Shown here in pieces: positions 49,530 to 61,401 of a stretch of 64,000 bases of DNA. Position 1 is the stretch's first letter; the number at the start of each line of letters is the position of its first letter. A program made the position numbers and the translations under genes. Source of the stretch: Psammoneis japonica (taxonomy: Eukaryota); contig QPGO01000142.1 in NCBI GenBank assembly GCA_008632985.1, forward strand, positions 62,001 through 126,000, written 5' to 3'. The notes below the pieces were generated by a model. That model did not search any database. It had not been told where the DNA came from and saw only the letters and a program-made list of their open reading frames with translations.

Positions 49530-52226
49530 CTAATTTAACGATCGCAACGTTGGTTGCCCGTTAGTATTGAAGGATCGCAGGGAAATTTCATCACCGGTGG
49601 AGGCATCATCATCATCTTGTTCAATCTCTGCTTCCTCCACTGCATTCTCCGCGACAATCTTTCTTGACAGACCGTCCCAATCCGACAATATCAACAGATA
49701 CGTTAGTGCTGTGCCCGCAACCGAATATCCAATCACCACCGCGGAAGTGATGCCTTGTAGGTTGATATTGAACGGGAAGGTAAACAGGGCCGCCAACGGC
49801 AACGTCACCCCCCAACTAGAAAGGGCAAACACAATGGTGGCAAGTCGGTATCGGCCTTGCGCACCAACTAGTGCCCAGCTCACACTGCCAGCAGTGAGTG
49901 CAACGTTTCCAAGGCCCACAAGAGGAATCACATCAACAATGATTCTTTGAAGGGTCGGGTCGGATGTGAACCAGATGGCCATGTTCTCTCCAAAAATGAA
50001 CATGATTGAAGTTAGTAAAGAGGCCATAGCAAACGAAATGAGAATGCATTTGTATCCAGAAGACTTGGCCCTGCTGGGACGCCCCCCGCCCAGATGATAC
50101 GCCGTGCGAATTTCACCTAAGAATAAAGAGGATAAGCGCGTGAGTCTTTATCCACCAAAGCAAACGTAAAATCTGAATTTGACAATTGTCAGTGGTCAAA
50201 TTGACACGTACCTGCATCAGCGAATCCAGTCGACGTTGCCTCGATAGCCTCCCAGAGTATCCCAACGATCCCCCATGCAGCAGTTTCAGCGGGACCAATG
50301 TGCGCCACAAAAAATGTTAAAACTTCCCACTAAGAGTTATCGAGATAAATAACAATGAAAGGTTACGATAGCAACGCACGCAAGGAAATACGTGGATTAA
50401 AACAACTTACTTCTCCATTGGCCAGCAACTCTCCGATACATAAGGGAATTGCGGTTTTTACCACTTTCTTGACAGCTGTAGTATTCTATGATTTTTCAAC
50501 GGTTCAACAACGACTTAGAAGCGTCCACAACGAAAAACAGCGTACTTCCTTGCCAAACACTTACCTTCAATGCACACGCACCGGCCATACCCTTGAGATA
50601 GTCTCTGACCCAGCCCTTCATCACAGGAAAACCGATGACAAAAACAGAGAAAATCAAACCAATCAGAAGATCAAAGAGTGCCACTTCCGTCAGTGTGGGG
50701 TTTTCTTTAAGTGTCAGAAGGAGAACCAAAGCCATACCACCTATGAATTCTTCAGTAACGTCCATCAAAAAGAGAAACTTTTCCATGTCAATGCAGTCCA
50801 ACAAGTTGCAGAACGCCTCCACAACTCCTTCTGCCAAACCGGTGAACACAGCGATATTGGCATAGTTTTGAGCCATTCTGGCAGTCTCTTGATCCAATCC
50901 CAACGCAAGTACCAAATGTCTGTGAACGCGAGCCAAATACAAATGCATGGTAACATTGAAGCTGCAAAAAGAACGGCGGTGATCTGAACATATTGACCAG
51001 CCAATACGTTGTTGCCGGCACCGATTGCGTGCGGGCAAAGAACAGAGACGGTCTCGACAATTCCCCAAAGAAGTTCCTCTGTAAGTGAAATAAAGATATC
51101 TGCAAGGGTATAGGCTGCTACAGCTCGAGTTCCAATATAGTGAGCAATCAGAGAAACAATCACCAGCTCCCAAACGCCACTAATGACTTCCGATAAGCAA
51201 AAGGAACTGCAAGCTGCATCAATCGCTTCGAATCTTTATCGTATTCTGCCAACTGCAGGAAGTCGTCAAACATTTGAGAAATCATGGAAGGCCTCCACCA
51301 AGCACGTTCCCCGCAACAGATATCACATTCTCTGCGGCAAAGTCTTCAACGACGGCTGGCTCATCTGGATCCTGCAATCCGGTTCCAACGCAGCAGCGTC
51401 CACCTCACTTTGCTCGTGCTGCCAAACCGACATTTTAGCCGTCCTCGAATGCTTCTTACGTCTGAGTGGACCTCCTGGAAGACTCTGGGTCGCCGGGATG
51501 ATGCTACACTGCCACTGACTTCACTAGCGGCGTATTCAGACAGCGGATGCGCCGCCGGGCTTGACACTTGTTCAAACTCATTGTTTCGCATCGAATTGAA
51601 TTGCTCAACTTGCAGTGCTCGGCGACGAGCCACCGCTCCACGCCTGCGACGGCCTCCACGATGAACGGGAGCAATGTAGCCACCCTCAAGCACGGACGAA
51701 GATGCGGTCCTTGTGGTCGATCTCGACATGTGTGAAAACGTGGAGGAAGAGCCGGCACGAAAGTAGGGATCGTTGTTTGTGAATCTCGCCAACGCACCTC
51801 GCGTTAAAGCATGCTCCTTGCAAGAACAATGAAGAATACATACAATGTGAGATTCAAGCGTGGAATCACAATTCAACATGTTTCGTCAACACATACGAGA
51901 GTTACATACCTCCTGTTCAAGTGTTGAGCCGGTTTTGCATCAACGCGGCTCTCCGTCTGCCCCCCGATTGGTACGTCCTGACCCTCTCCTAGTCCTCCTC
52001 TCGCTCCTCTTTTTATCCTCCATTTCTTCTTCCGTCTGGAAACTCTACCTTGTGGGTCCAAACCACCTTCTCCCCACGATACAAAACAGGGCAACATCAT
52101 GTTGGACACGAGACAAAAGATGGCCGTAAACAGCAGCAAGTAGTAGGATGGATCTACCGCAGTGCTCTCATACACCTCGATAGCATCATCATCATCATCG
52201 TAGTAGTAATCGTCTTGTGCTGCCAT
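49530..52226 (-). CDS. MATE family transporter, multi-exon, with apparent frameshifts
   Basis: LIAHYIGTRAVAAY, CPHAIGAGNNVLAGQYVQ, IWFTSDPTLQ, LVGAQGRYRLA, several minus-strand GT-AG introns; start uncertain. Confidence 0.82.
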
Positions 52227-52718
52227 GATTGGAACAATGCAACTCCTCAAAAGAAAGGGGAAATGTTACGGTTTTATTTCACTACGTTATTGTCGTCGAT
52301 AATGCCTCTGCGAAAAAATTGCGTGAAATCACGCAGAATGGAATATGAAAACTGAAATAATTCATTTATGTCGATACTAATTCGCCACTATCTCATATGT
52401 GTACTTTATTATGAGCTACAACGGATGAAGTCCTTTTGATAATTATTAAGATTGAATATATTCATTATCCGTTGAAATGCGTATGTTTCATATAGCATTC
52501 ATTGCATATAATATTGAAGAATAACATATAATCAGTTGAAAGATTTCGCGGTGCGGCGCCATGACGCCTGTTGCCGGTTTCCTGGGAAAGTCGCCCCAAC
52601 GTTGCCGACAAGCAGCCCAGTGTTAGCTTCTTGCTTGACTAAGGCTTCATTATTATTTGTATCACAACTGGTTCCCGAAATGACGCATACATCACTGACG
52701 ACTCCTCCCTGAGCTACA

Positions 52719-54365
52719 ATGCTGACTCATCGACTCATCGGATGTCGTCACGCGCCTCCGAGCGATCTGCGCCATTTTCCTTTCAACTCCCAAGTAGTCG
52801 CGTCGTTTGAAGTTCTTGGGTAAGGCGTAGTTCCAGGAGCAGCGGAACGATTCCACGTTACTTCACAAGGATCAAGATGCCAAGAAGAGTCTGCTTTCTT
52901 CGTATGCTGCTCGTTCTGGCAGCAACCGACGCTACTACTAGATGTTGTTCCGCGTTTCAGCACTGCCAGGACCACCGAAAATAGCAAGGCTGAGAGCACC
53001 CTTTCTTTTCGCAACCGCACCCAACGAACCAGGGGATCTAAAAAATGGCAAAGAAGGCAACTTTTTGATTGCGGCGAGAAACACTCTGAAGCATGTCATG
53101 CTTCCCACCGTCGTTGTCGCTAGCACTCTATTGTCACCGTGGGGACTGGAACTCACCTGAATTCCCCAGCTACGCATCAGGCAGTGGCAAACGAATATAC
53201 TGCTACAGCAGTCATTTCGGTACAACGATCCAACGCAGCCTGGGCCTTGACGAAAACCAACAGTTGGTGGACGAGTTGGAAGGAAGTCACTAGACAATTT
53301 GTCGATCGAGACTTTGCTGGAATGGGCGAAGAAGGCTGGCGTCAAAAGCGTCTCGATGCCATTAAAAAGGTTTCCCAATACAACACACCCGATGATGCAA
53401 AGCAAGTTCACGACATTATCCGTAGCATGCTGGAGAATCTCAAGGACCCTTACCCGTTATCTCGATCCCGATCAATTCGAGTCTCTAACAGCTTATGCCA
53501 AGGGAACAACCACAACGGGGATTGGCGTTCAACTCATTGTCGAACCAATAACGGGTGAGATTGCCGTGGTAAACACTACCCGGATGGACCTGCTAAAAAG
53601 CTGGAGTCTCCCAGGCGATATCCTTCTTTCGGTGGACGGCGACCCTGTGAGTGGTACCACCGCCGAAGTGGCAGCTGCCAAGTGCCGCGGAACGTGGGCA
53701 CGGACCTTGTCGTGGAAGTACGACACGAGGGTCAAACGTCAAACTCGAGGCTTGTCATTACAAGAGCTCCGATTCAGAATAATCCTGTACAAGCTCCACA
53801 TTCACAGCGAGCTCGGGCAAAAAGGTTGGGTTGCTCAAGCTCACGTCCTTTAGTCAAGAGACGGTCAAACAAGTGAGTGAGGCTCTCGACAAGAAATTGG
53901 AAAAGTATCGGCACTCGTCATTGATTTGCGCGGAAATGCGGGTGGTTACATGCCGGCTGGAGTGGACCTTGCCAAGCTCTTCTTGCCGCCCCAATCTCGC
54001 ATCATATCGGAACTAGACAAGAACGGCCGTACCACCATTTTTATCAATGATGGTGTTGGCAGCGAGAGCGAGACACCGCTGTATCTTGTTGTTGATAAGA
54101 GAACTGCCAGTGCGTCCGAGATTTTTGCTGCTGCGATTCAAGACAATCATCGAGGATCATTGTGGGATCCACAAAAACATTTGGCAAGGGTCGGATACAG
54201 AACGTTCTACCTCTCTCGGACGACGGAGGCGTCGCTGTGACCAAGGCCAAGTACATCACACCAAGTGGCAAAGATATTCATGGAGTGGGAATCACACCGG
54301 ACAAGGAACCAATGTCTTGTGAAGACAATGCTTCGGCGTCATTGTGTGTGGCTAACTTTCTCTGA
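52719..54365 (+). CDS. ctpA: C-terminal processing peptidase (S41A, PDZ-containing), broken by multiple frameshifts; start uncertain
   Basis: MLENLKDPY, TGIGVQL, PGDILLSVDG, DLRGNAGG, TASASEIFAAAIQDN, KTFGKGRIQ, KYITPSGKDIHGVGITPD in successive frames. Confidence 0.85.
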
Positions 54366-54718
54366 GAAAAATCCTACTTGATGGAACCCGGATGTAGCGT
54401 GACACATCCCGAACTCCGAACTCGAAATCACAATGAAGACATCAAACATCAACGCCGCTTGATGTCAGCCTCAACACAGAAAGAACCGCAACGAGGCTTA
54501 GTTACGCTAGAGCTATATTATCTACCCGTCAAGAAAAAAGCTTATGTTTCGTCTGTCTCGAGGCGCCTCCTGTTATTGCTTCTAAACACATCCTTCTTTC
54601 TTCGCAAAGCGAAGCCTCTCGGTATAAATTGTTCACTTCCAATCTCTAGACCAGCGTTTCTGGGACAAGCCACTCTCTTTGCAACATCCTTCTCTCAACA
54701 AACCATTCGTTTGGTAAC

Positions 54719-55788
54719 ATGGACGACGCTGTGAAATTGCTGACAGACGTTTATGGCCCGGTAGACGATCCAGATTTCCCGTTGCCCATGCCTGCTGACG
54801 AAGCCGGTCTTTGCGGCGACGAAACCAACGACGGTATCTTTGGACTGACGCTTTCGGTGTTCTGGCGTTTGTATCCATTGCAGACCGCTTCGAAAAACAA
54901 GGCAACAAGTCCGAAGCCGATAAATACCGACATGCCGCCGACACACTGGTTCGAACGGTTCACAAATGTCTTGGATCTCCGCGGTCTAACAAGCCACAAG
55001 ACGCCATGACGAAATCTGAAGCTTCTCCCACGGGCCATGTGGGACTTCGTATCGGCAAGGTTTCCAGCAAAAAGGTGACCGATTACGGCATGAGCTACGA
55101 CGGGATGTACTTCCACTACGTAGACAAGTGGCTGCTGGCTCTCGCTCGATCCGGGCATGTCAAGGATGGTATTACGATCGCCAAGACGTGCTTTCCTGCC
55201 TTTTTTGACAATGGAGACGGGACAGGAAGGAACGGAGGAATTCGTTGGAAACTTTCTGTGGACGCGAGCCCCCCGCCTTCGCTTCGAAGTGCCACAGCAA
55301 GTGATGACACGCTGGTGGCGCTCATTGTGTTTTCAATCCTTGAGGCACACCGAACAGATGATATGCCGAGTCTCAAGGACGAAATTGGTCAGCTAAAGGT
55401 TGCGTTGAGGGGTTACAGACCGCGTGTCACGGACGATCCCCTCGGATGGGGACTCGAGGCAATGTACGATCAGTGGATCAGGGGAAGTCCTCGAAAGCAT
55501 GCTCTGGCGTCTATCCAGTCAAGTGCTTTGCACCCTTCCCACCTGTCTTTGCCGTTTCGCCTATACGGTGCCATGATTGGTGCTCGGGTGGCAGGAGAAT
55601 CTGTTGCACCTCCAGAGAAGGTTGACCGGTTGGTAGAACTCTCTCTGCGGCATGAATCTCAAGCTGCCGCCAATGGATTTGAAGAGCACTCCTCCATCAA
55701 CCGAGTCATGTTGGCTATGTGCCTGTTGTGTCCAGGGGCTTTAAAGAAAGACAACGGTGACCCGATTGTTTCGATTGAAGAAAATTAA
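54719..55788 (+). CDS. Uncharacterised RYLWTDAFG-motif protein, frameshift near 54810
   Basis: QRRYLWTDAFGV, GLRIGK, DGMYFHYVDKWLLALAR, WKLSVD. Confidence 0.7.
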
Positions 55789-56152
55789 CCGCGAAAATCT
55801 GTTCTTGTAGAGGTGTGCTGCAATGTGAGAAAAGGAGACCGTTGAGAAAAAGACACATGTCGTACAATTCTCATGGATCAAGCACTCGTACCAATTTATA
55901 TCAAGCTGCTTCTAAACTTAATACTGGGTGAAAGCTCCACGGACATTCAACGGGCATGGTGAAACACTTACAGTGCTCGGCGGTAAATTTTAATTGTTAC
56001 AATTAGACGGCTTGATAGTTTTTCAGCAAAGTTTCAATGCCGGTAACGCAGTAGAGTGAAATGATCACTTATCCCTGGGAGCGAACATTTGAACTTTTGG
56101 AAAGGAACCTTCTCATAGGTAAGCGTCAACAGTTCGGTAAGCAGTGATGCAC

Positions 56153-56301
56153 AAAATGGAGAGTGGAACAGGTGGCATTCATCCGCTCTCCCGCTGAGCT
56201 ACACATCAGCCTTGGGCTGTGGTTGGAGTCGAACCAACGACCTGTTTCCTAGACTGGAAAGATTGAATTGGATTGCTGTTGGGGCCACCTGCCTCTCGCC
56301 A
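56153..56301 (-). ncRNA. Circularly permuted tRNA-like RNA, probable Pol III transcript
   Basis: T arm GTTGG-TTCGACT-CCAAC (56238-56222) precedes D arm TAGCTCAGCGGGAGAGC (56201-56185); acceptor-like stem closed by CAA; ends pair (CAGGTGGC/GCCACCTG); TTTT downstream; TATA-like tract upstream. Confidence 0.75.
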
Positions 56302-56743
56302 AGTTCGTTGAAATATATAAATTTCTTTTAGGCAGATAGAAGCAACGATACCTACAGTACGGTAGTCTTATCTTAGAGAGTACAGTACAGTAGAGTAGGA
56401 CCCCTCTCTATTTCGATAGCTCTCTAAAGCTACTGTAGTAGATTTAGGTACCGGGATCGATTGACGCACGAGCGACAGACTCAACCATTCATTCAGCGGC
56501 GCGGGCGGGCGGAGCCTGGTCAGGGGTGAGTGCTCCGGACATGTTGTATGCACAGAATCACAGCATGCGACGGACGGATAAGCTTACCGGTAAACAGTCT
56601 AACAGAGCACCACAACATTGGCAAGGTTGGAAAGTCTTTTGACGATTAGCTCGTTGTGTACATTGCGCTGGATTGTATCGTTTATTGTGAAATCTAAAGA
56701 AAGAGGGTGTAGAGAAACCAGTAAAAAAGAATCGCTGTAAAAA

Positions 56744-57256
56744 ATGAGTAGCGCTCGCCTCAAACTCATGAAGGAACTCACAAAGTTCCCGAGGCAAACG
56801 TCGGCGCAAGTCAAGGAGGCTGCCAAGAAGACGCGGTGGAATATTGTACGGGGTGACAAGGTTCAAGTTATCGGTAATCACCCCGAACGTGGTAAGCAGG
56901 GCATTGTCACAAAGGTGATTCGAGAAAAAGACCGGGTTCTGGTGGAGGGGGTGAATCTCGGCCCCAAGCGCATTAAAGGCGACGCTGATCGCGGCATCAA
57001 GGGCCGGACTATCCAAAAGGAACGAACCATTCACTATTCCAAGGTTAGCTTGGTGGATCCTGTGACAGGCTTCCCCACGCGTGTGATTCGAAAATACTTG
57101 GATGATGGATCAAAGGTGCGTGTTGCCAAGAAGAGCGGTGCCATCATACCCCGGCCCGCAATTTTGACGCAACGGAAGCGTCCTGTAAATCAGATTGTCA
57201 CGGAATCTGACACTTTGGATGAGGATGTGTGGGAAGTAACGTACAACCCAAACTAG
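56744..57256 (+). CDS. MRPL24: Mitochondrial ribosomal protein uL24m
   Basis: KOW motif WNIVRGDKVQVI..ERGKQG, VLVEGVNL, ERTIHYSKVSLVDP, KVRVAKKSGAIIP. Confidence 0.92.
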   Translation: MSSARLKLMKELTKFPRQTSAQVKEAAKKTRWNIVRGDKVQVIGNHPERGKQGIVTKVIREKDRVLVEGVNLGPKRIKGDADRGIKGRTIQKERTIHYSKVSLVDPVTGFPTRVIRKYLDDGSKVRVAKKSGAIIPRPAILTQRKRPVNQIVTESDTLDEDVWEVTYNPN

Positions 57257-57520
57257 TCTAATGAAACTCTAGTGGAGTCAACAAATCGCTCCGCATATGC
57301 AGATGCTTTTCTGACCAAAAGTCGCAGGCATTACTCTTACTCATAGATGTGCCCATAAGTTATTGATTATTTATCATCTAGCGAAGAGAGAATTGTTAGG
57401 GTCAGATGAAAGTTGTGAAATGCTCATCGCTCATCGGGCGGCCAGCTACAGCCCGTAGCCATGAGCATCGAATTGAAGATGAACTTTGGAACACATCCTG
57501 CATACTATAGATGAGTAGAT

Positions 57521-59061
57521 TCACCGGAGGCGAAACTTCAGTCCGAAATCGTCGGAAGGTATCTTGATCGGAATCTCAGTGTACGCAACTGCACCTTTCT
57601 TGTCAAACCATCACCACTGTATTCCCAACCGTCAAATCTCGACGCCATCTTGCCGACGAAAAGCGTTGCTACTAATTCTGCAAGGGGGATTCCAGGGCAT
57701 CCATGAGCGCCTATACCACCAGGAAACCATGCCGTCGGGCCCTTACCAAGGGCTGACCCACGAAAAGGACATTTGGAGGGAACGTTCTTGCTCTCCGGCA
57801 TCCATCGTTCAGGTTCAAAGCTTTCAGGGTTAGGATATAGAGTTGGATCTTTGTTGCCGATGCGTGGTTCCAAGGTGACAGCAGTGCCGGCAGGAATTCG
57901 AAAGCCGCATAACTCAAAGTCCTCATCACCGTATCGAAAACCGCCTCCAACTTGTGGAATAAGCCGAAGAGATTCACGGACAGTGCCGTGTGTGTAGGGC
58001 AAGTCCGAGATTTTTGTCGACCCCTTCTCGACAGCTGACGCAGTTTCAAACTCTTTTCGAATCGCATCGACCGATCCATTATCTTGTCGCAATAGAATCA
58101 GAGAGTTGGCCATGAGGGCTGCCGTCTCAGCGTACGCGCCCCAAATAAACAAAAGAGATGCCACGGCTCGCCGATCTATATTATTCGAAAACCCATAGAT
58201 GCTGTTGACCTTGTCGAAATAAAATTTGCCCGGTCCCTCCTTGCTCGCTAAACGTTCGTGGCGGTCAGTCATTTCTGTTCGCAACGTCTCCAACGCATGC
58301 TTGCCCCTTTTGTATGCCGGTAACAATTTTGATGCTGCAAGCAGACCATAGTTGTAATCCACAAAGTCTTGGACTTGTTCAGGAGACAGCTTTTCACCAG
58401 AAAATATCTGAGCAAAGAGTTGGAGGCAGACGGTAGAGAATTCTGGAGTAACAAAGACTGAGGTATCTGGATTTTCCCTTATACGCTGCTCCAAATCATC
58501 AATGTAATTGTCGAGTTCAGCATTTACAATACTCGCGTAGTGTTCCAACGCGCTCTTTCCCAGAATTTCGGCAAAGAGAGTACGAGCTTGTTTGTGAAGG
58601 ACGTCGGTCGAATCGAGATTCAATGCCCCCCATTCGGTGTGGAGTGTTGAAAAGGTATCAGGCAAGGCTGAGTGAACGACTCTGCTCGTCAATTCCTTGT
58701 CTCTGATGAATTCTCCAACGGCATCAGGCCCACCAACAACCACAGCTGGCTTCAAAAAGAGATTTGTCATAAAAACAGGACCGAGCTCTTTTGATCTAAC
58801 TTCAATGAATTCTTCAGGATTCTTCAAGTACGAAACAAAATCCTTTATTTTCCGAAATGGACCTCGGGGGCGATGTGGTGGTAGGGGAAGCGAGGACAGA
58901 TCAGTAGATGATAATGTCTTTGTGTCATGCGCTGCTAAGACAGTAGATTCTCTGCGAGGATCCTGCAACACCTGCAATCCCTGCAATGCCTGAGGCGAAA
59001 ACGCCTCAGCCGTCAAAAAAGTGACAACCACGCTAGTTCCTAGTGTGCGGAGCCTGACCAT
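57521..59061 (-). CDS. Cytochrome P450, probably plastid-targeted; apparent frameshift near 57596
   Basis: Signal followed by AEAFSP; I-helix GAYAETA, ESLR, FEPERW, heme motif FPGGIGAHGCPG; alternative frame gives IPIKIPSDDFGLKFRLR-stop at 57521. Confidence 0.92.
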
Positions 59062-59419
59062 TCTATCTTCTCCTGCTTTGTAATCGCCAAGCCGATTGCC
59101 TTCTGTCGTTCTCCACCTCTCTCTCTTTTCTTTCTCTTGTGTGAGATCACTCCCAGCTTGGGAGGTGCGAGATGAGCTAAACGAGGGTATGGAATACCGG
59201 TACGACCCACAACATGGTTTGTGTCCCGACTCAGCGCGCGGTGTCATCACGCATCGAATAATCTACGATCAACTCGACTCAGCTCGTCCTTCGCACGTAG
59301 ATACGGATGACTGACGGACGCTGTCGTTGCCTCTCCCGCCGCCGCCCTCGCCCCGCCCTTTCCAAAGAACAGGCTCTCACAGCGCAGAAGCCAGCGGGTG
59401 GGATGCGTCCTCCCATGCT

Positions 59420-61280
59420 CTTAACAGGATCATATGAAAATTTTCTAGAGCCAACCTGTCCCACAGTCTTCACACCTGTCACAACTGGCAGAGCCACATC
59501 AGATGCCTCAAGGTTCCAAAATGGTGTGTGGAACAGCGTTGAGCTCTGAAAGATGATGTTGCACTTGTCGCAACTCTCACACCAGACACACCCATGCTGC
59601 ACTGCACTCACAGCACTGAATCCTCACAATTGCGCCCTTCTAGCCCTTCACAGTGGTGGAATCAAACCACTGAGCGAGGCATCCAGAGCAGCTCAATGAA
59701 CAAAATTTGGGTGTGAGTTGGGCTCATCTCGCACCTGGCAAACAGCTCCAGATGTCAGAGTGTTTAGACCTGGGGCATCAACTCCCAAGCCAACTGCTCT
59801 GCAGTCACAGACTGGATGAAAAGCACCCAAGCTGGCACCTGAAGCAGCCCCACAATGCAAAATGTCAGACTGAAAAGAAGAAAGAACACAGTGCACAGAA
59901 TGCATTTCTCCCGACCTGGCAACCACCAGTCTGGAACATGCCCCACACATTGTGACAAAACAAGACAAAACTTCAAAGCTTCTTTCATTGAAAAAAAATC
60001 AGTGCAATGGACATCAGAGACTGCTTGAGGATGCTCATGACCTTGAAGCCCAACAGTTGCTTTGCACAAATCACAAGTGGTCCTGCCACAAAATGTCCAG
60101 CCAAAGGAAAAGGAGCAGAAGGCCAAACTCTAGAGAGCAATTTGTTGCCAGAATTTCACTCACCTTCTGAGGCCTGACAGGAAAAGGCTCTGGCTCTTGC
60201 AATTATCAGCATGAAGCTTGCAAACAAAAGGCCAGAGTCCGCTGATGGTCAAAAGGTGCAAAAATGCCATTGCAGCATCAGAGAGTGCATCACTGGAACA
60301 ATCTTGTGTTCAGCACTTCAATCATCCCCACAGAGTGCACCACCCATGTCAACTGCAGAATTGCAAATTTTTGGATGGTGCTGTTTTCATGTGGTTCATT
60401 GCTGGAGTCACACAATGGGTTGGCAAATCCTGACACTGTGTGCAAACTCAAGCTTTTGCATGGCTGCAGCGCATGCACAAAAACACTTGCACCCAGCCAT
60501 TGCACCACCATGGCATCATGAGCCACACTCTCCACTTGCCATCATGGGTGGGAGGAAGTGACAACAGCAGCAAGTTTGCTGGACAGCCTCTCTCCCAGAC
60601 TGTGCCAGCTTGCTGGGCACAGTCTTCTCGCGTGCAAACAGGGGCTCTGGCTCCGCCCTTCTCCTCGCAGCTGCCCATCTGTCCTCTGCTTGTTGGATCC
60701 ATGCAACAGCCAACCAGGGCACATCCAGCCAATGTGACATCTTCTTGCTCTTGCTTGATTGACTTGGAGCCTCAGCTGTGTGAGTCTCTTGGGGCTCCAT
60801 GTCGTGAGAGGCGCAACAGCAATTGAGAAGTTGAGCCTTTTGTGCCATGTGACACCCTTTTTGTTTCATGATGTCATCACACAGCCTCTCAAGATACCAT
60901 GATCATGCAGGGCAACAACACTTGGGAGATCTGCACCTGTTTGGCAACTTTAGCAATTTGTGCAGGTTGCCGGTCTTTGCGGTTGGCGAAAAAAGCCAGG
61001 GCCTTCAGCCCGCACCTCGTGTCTCTTTGGGCAGCACCTTGCGAAGACAGGAGAAAATCCATCACTCAGACCGCTTTGAGGGCTTGTTCCAGATCAGCCA
61101 GGACATCCCACAGGTGCTCCAGACATGCGGAGATGCGCACCTTGTCAGCACTGTCACATGACTTGGATGAGGCCGTTCCTTGTGGTTCCACCGCCGCCGT
61201 CATCCGCATGGTCTGTCAGTCAGTCATCCGCAGGCATTCTGACACGTGCATTTTGCGAGAGAGAGAGAAGCAACAACATG
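59420..61280. other. Degenerate CpG/TpA-depleted domain
   Basis: TA rare throughout; CG reappears at 60960-61260 while TA stays absent. Confidence 0.85.
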
Positions 61281-61401
61281 CGCCGCATAGCGCATAGACC
61301 ATGGACATCATGGCATAGACTAGAGCACATCACGCCGAGCAAAAGCAGCGGCGAGTTTTTGGTTTGGTGATTGAAACAATCATCGAGTAATCATCGAAAT
61401 C

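Noticed and set aside
52719..54365. Programmed frameshifting or RNA editing in ctpA
   Set aside because: Too many shifts, and neighbouring genes are affected too; assembly indels are simpler.
56153..56301. Ordinary or intron-containing tRNA gene
   Set aside because: T arm precedes D arm, the acceptor stem is looped and bulged, and there is no canonical anticodon loop.
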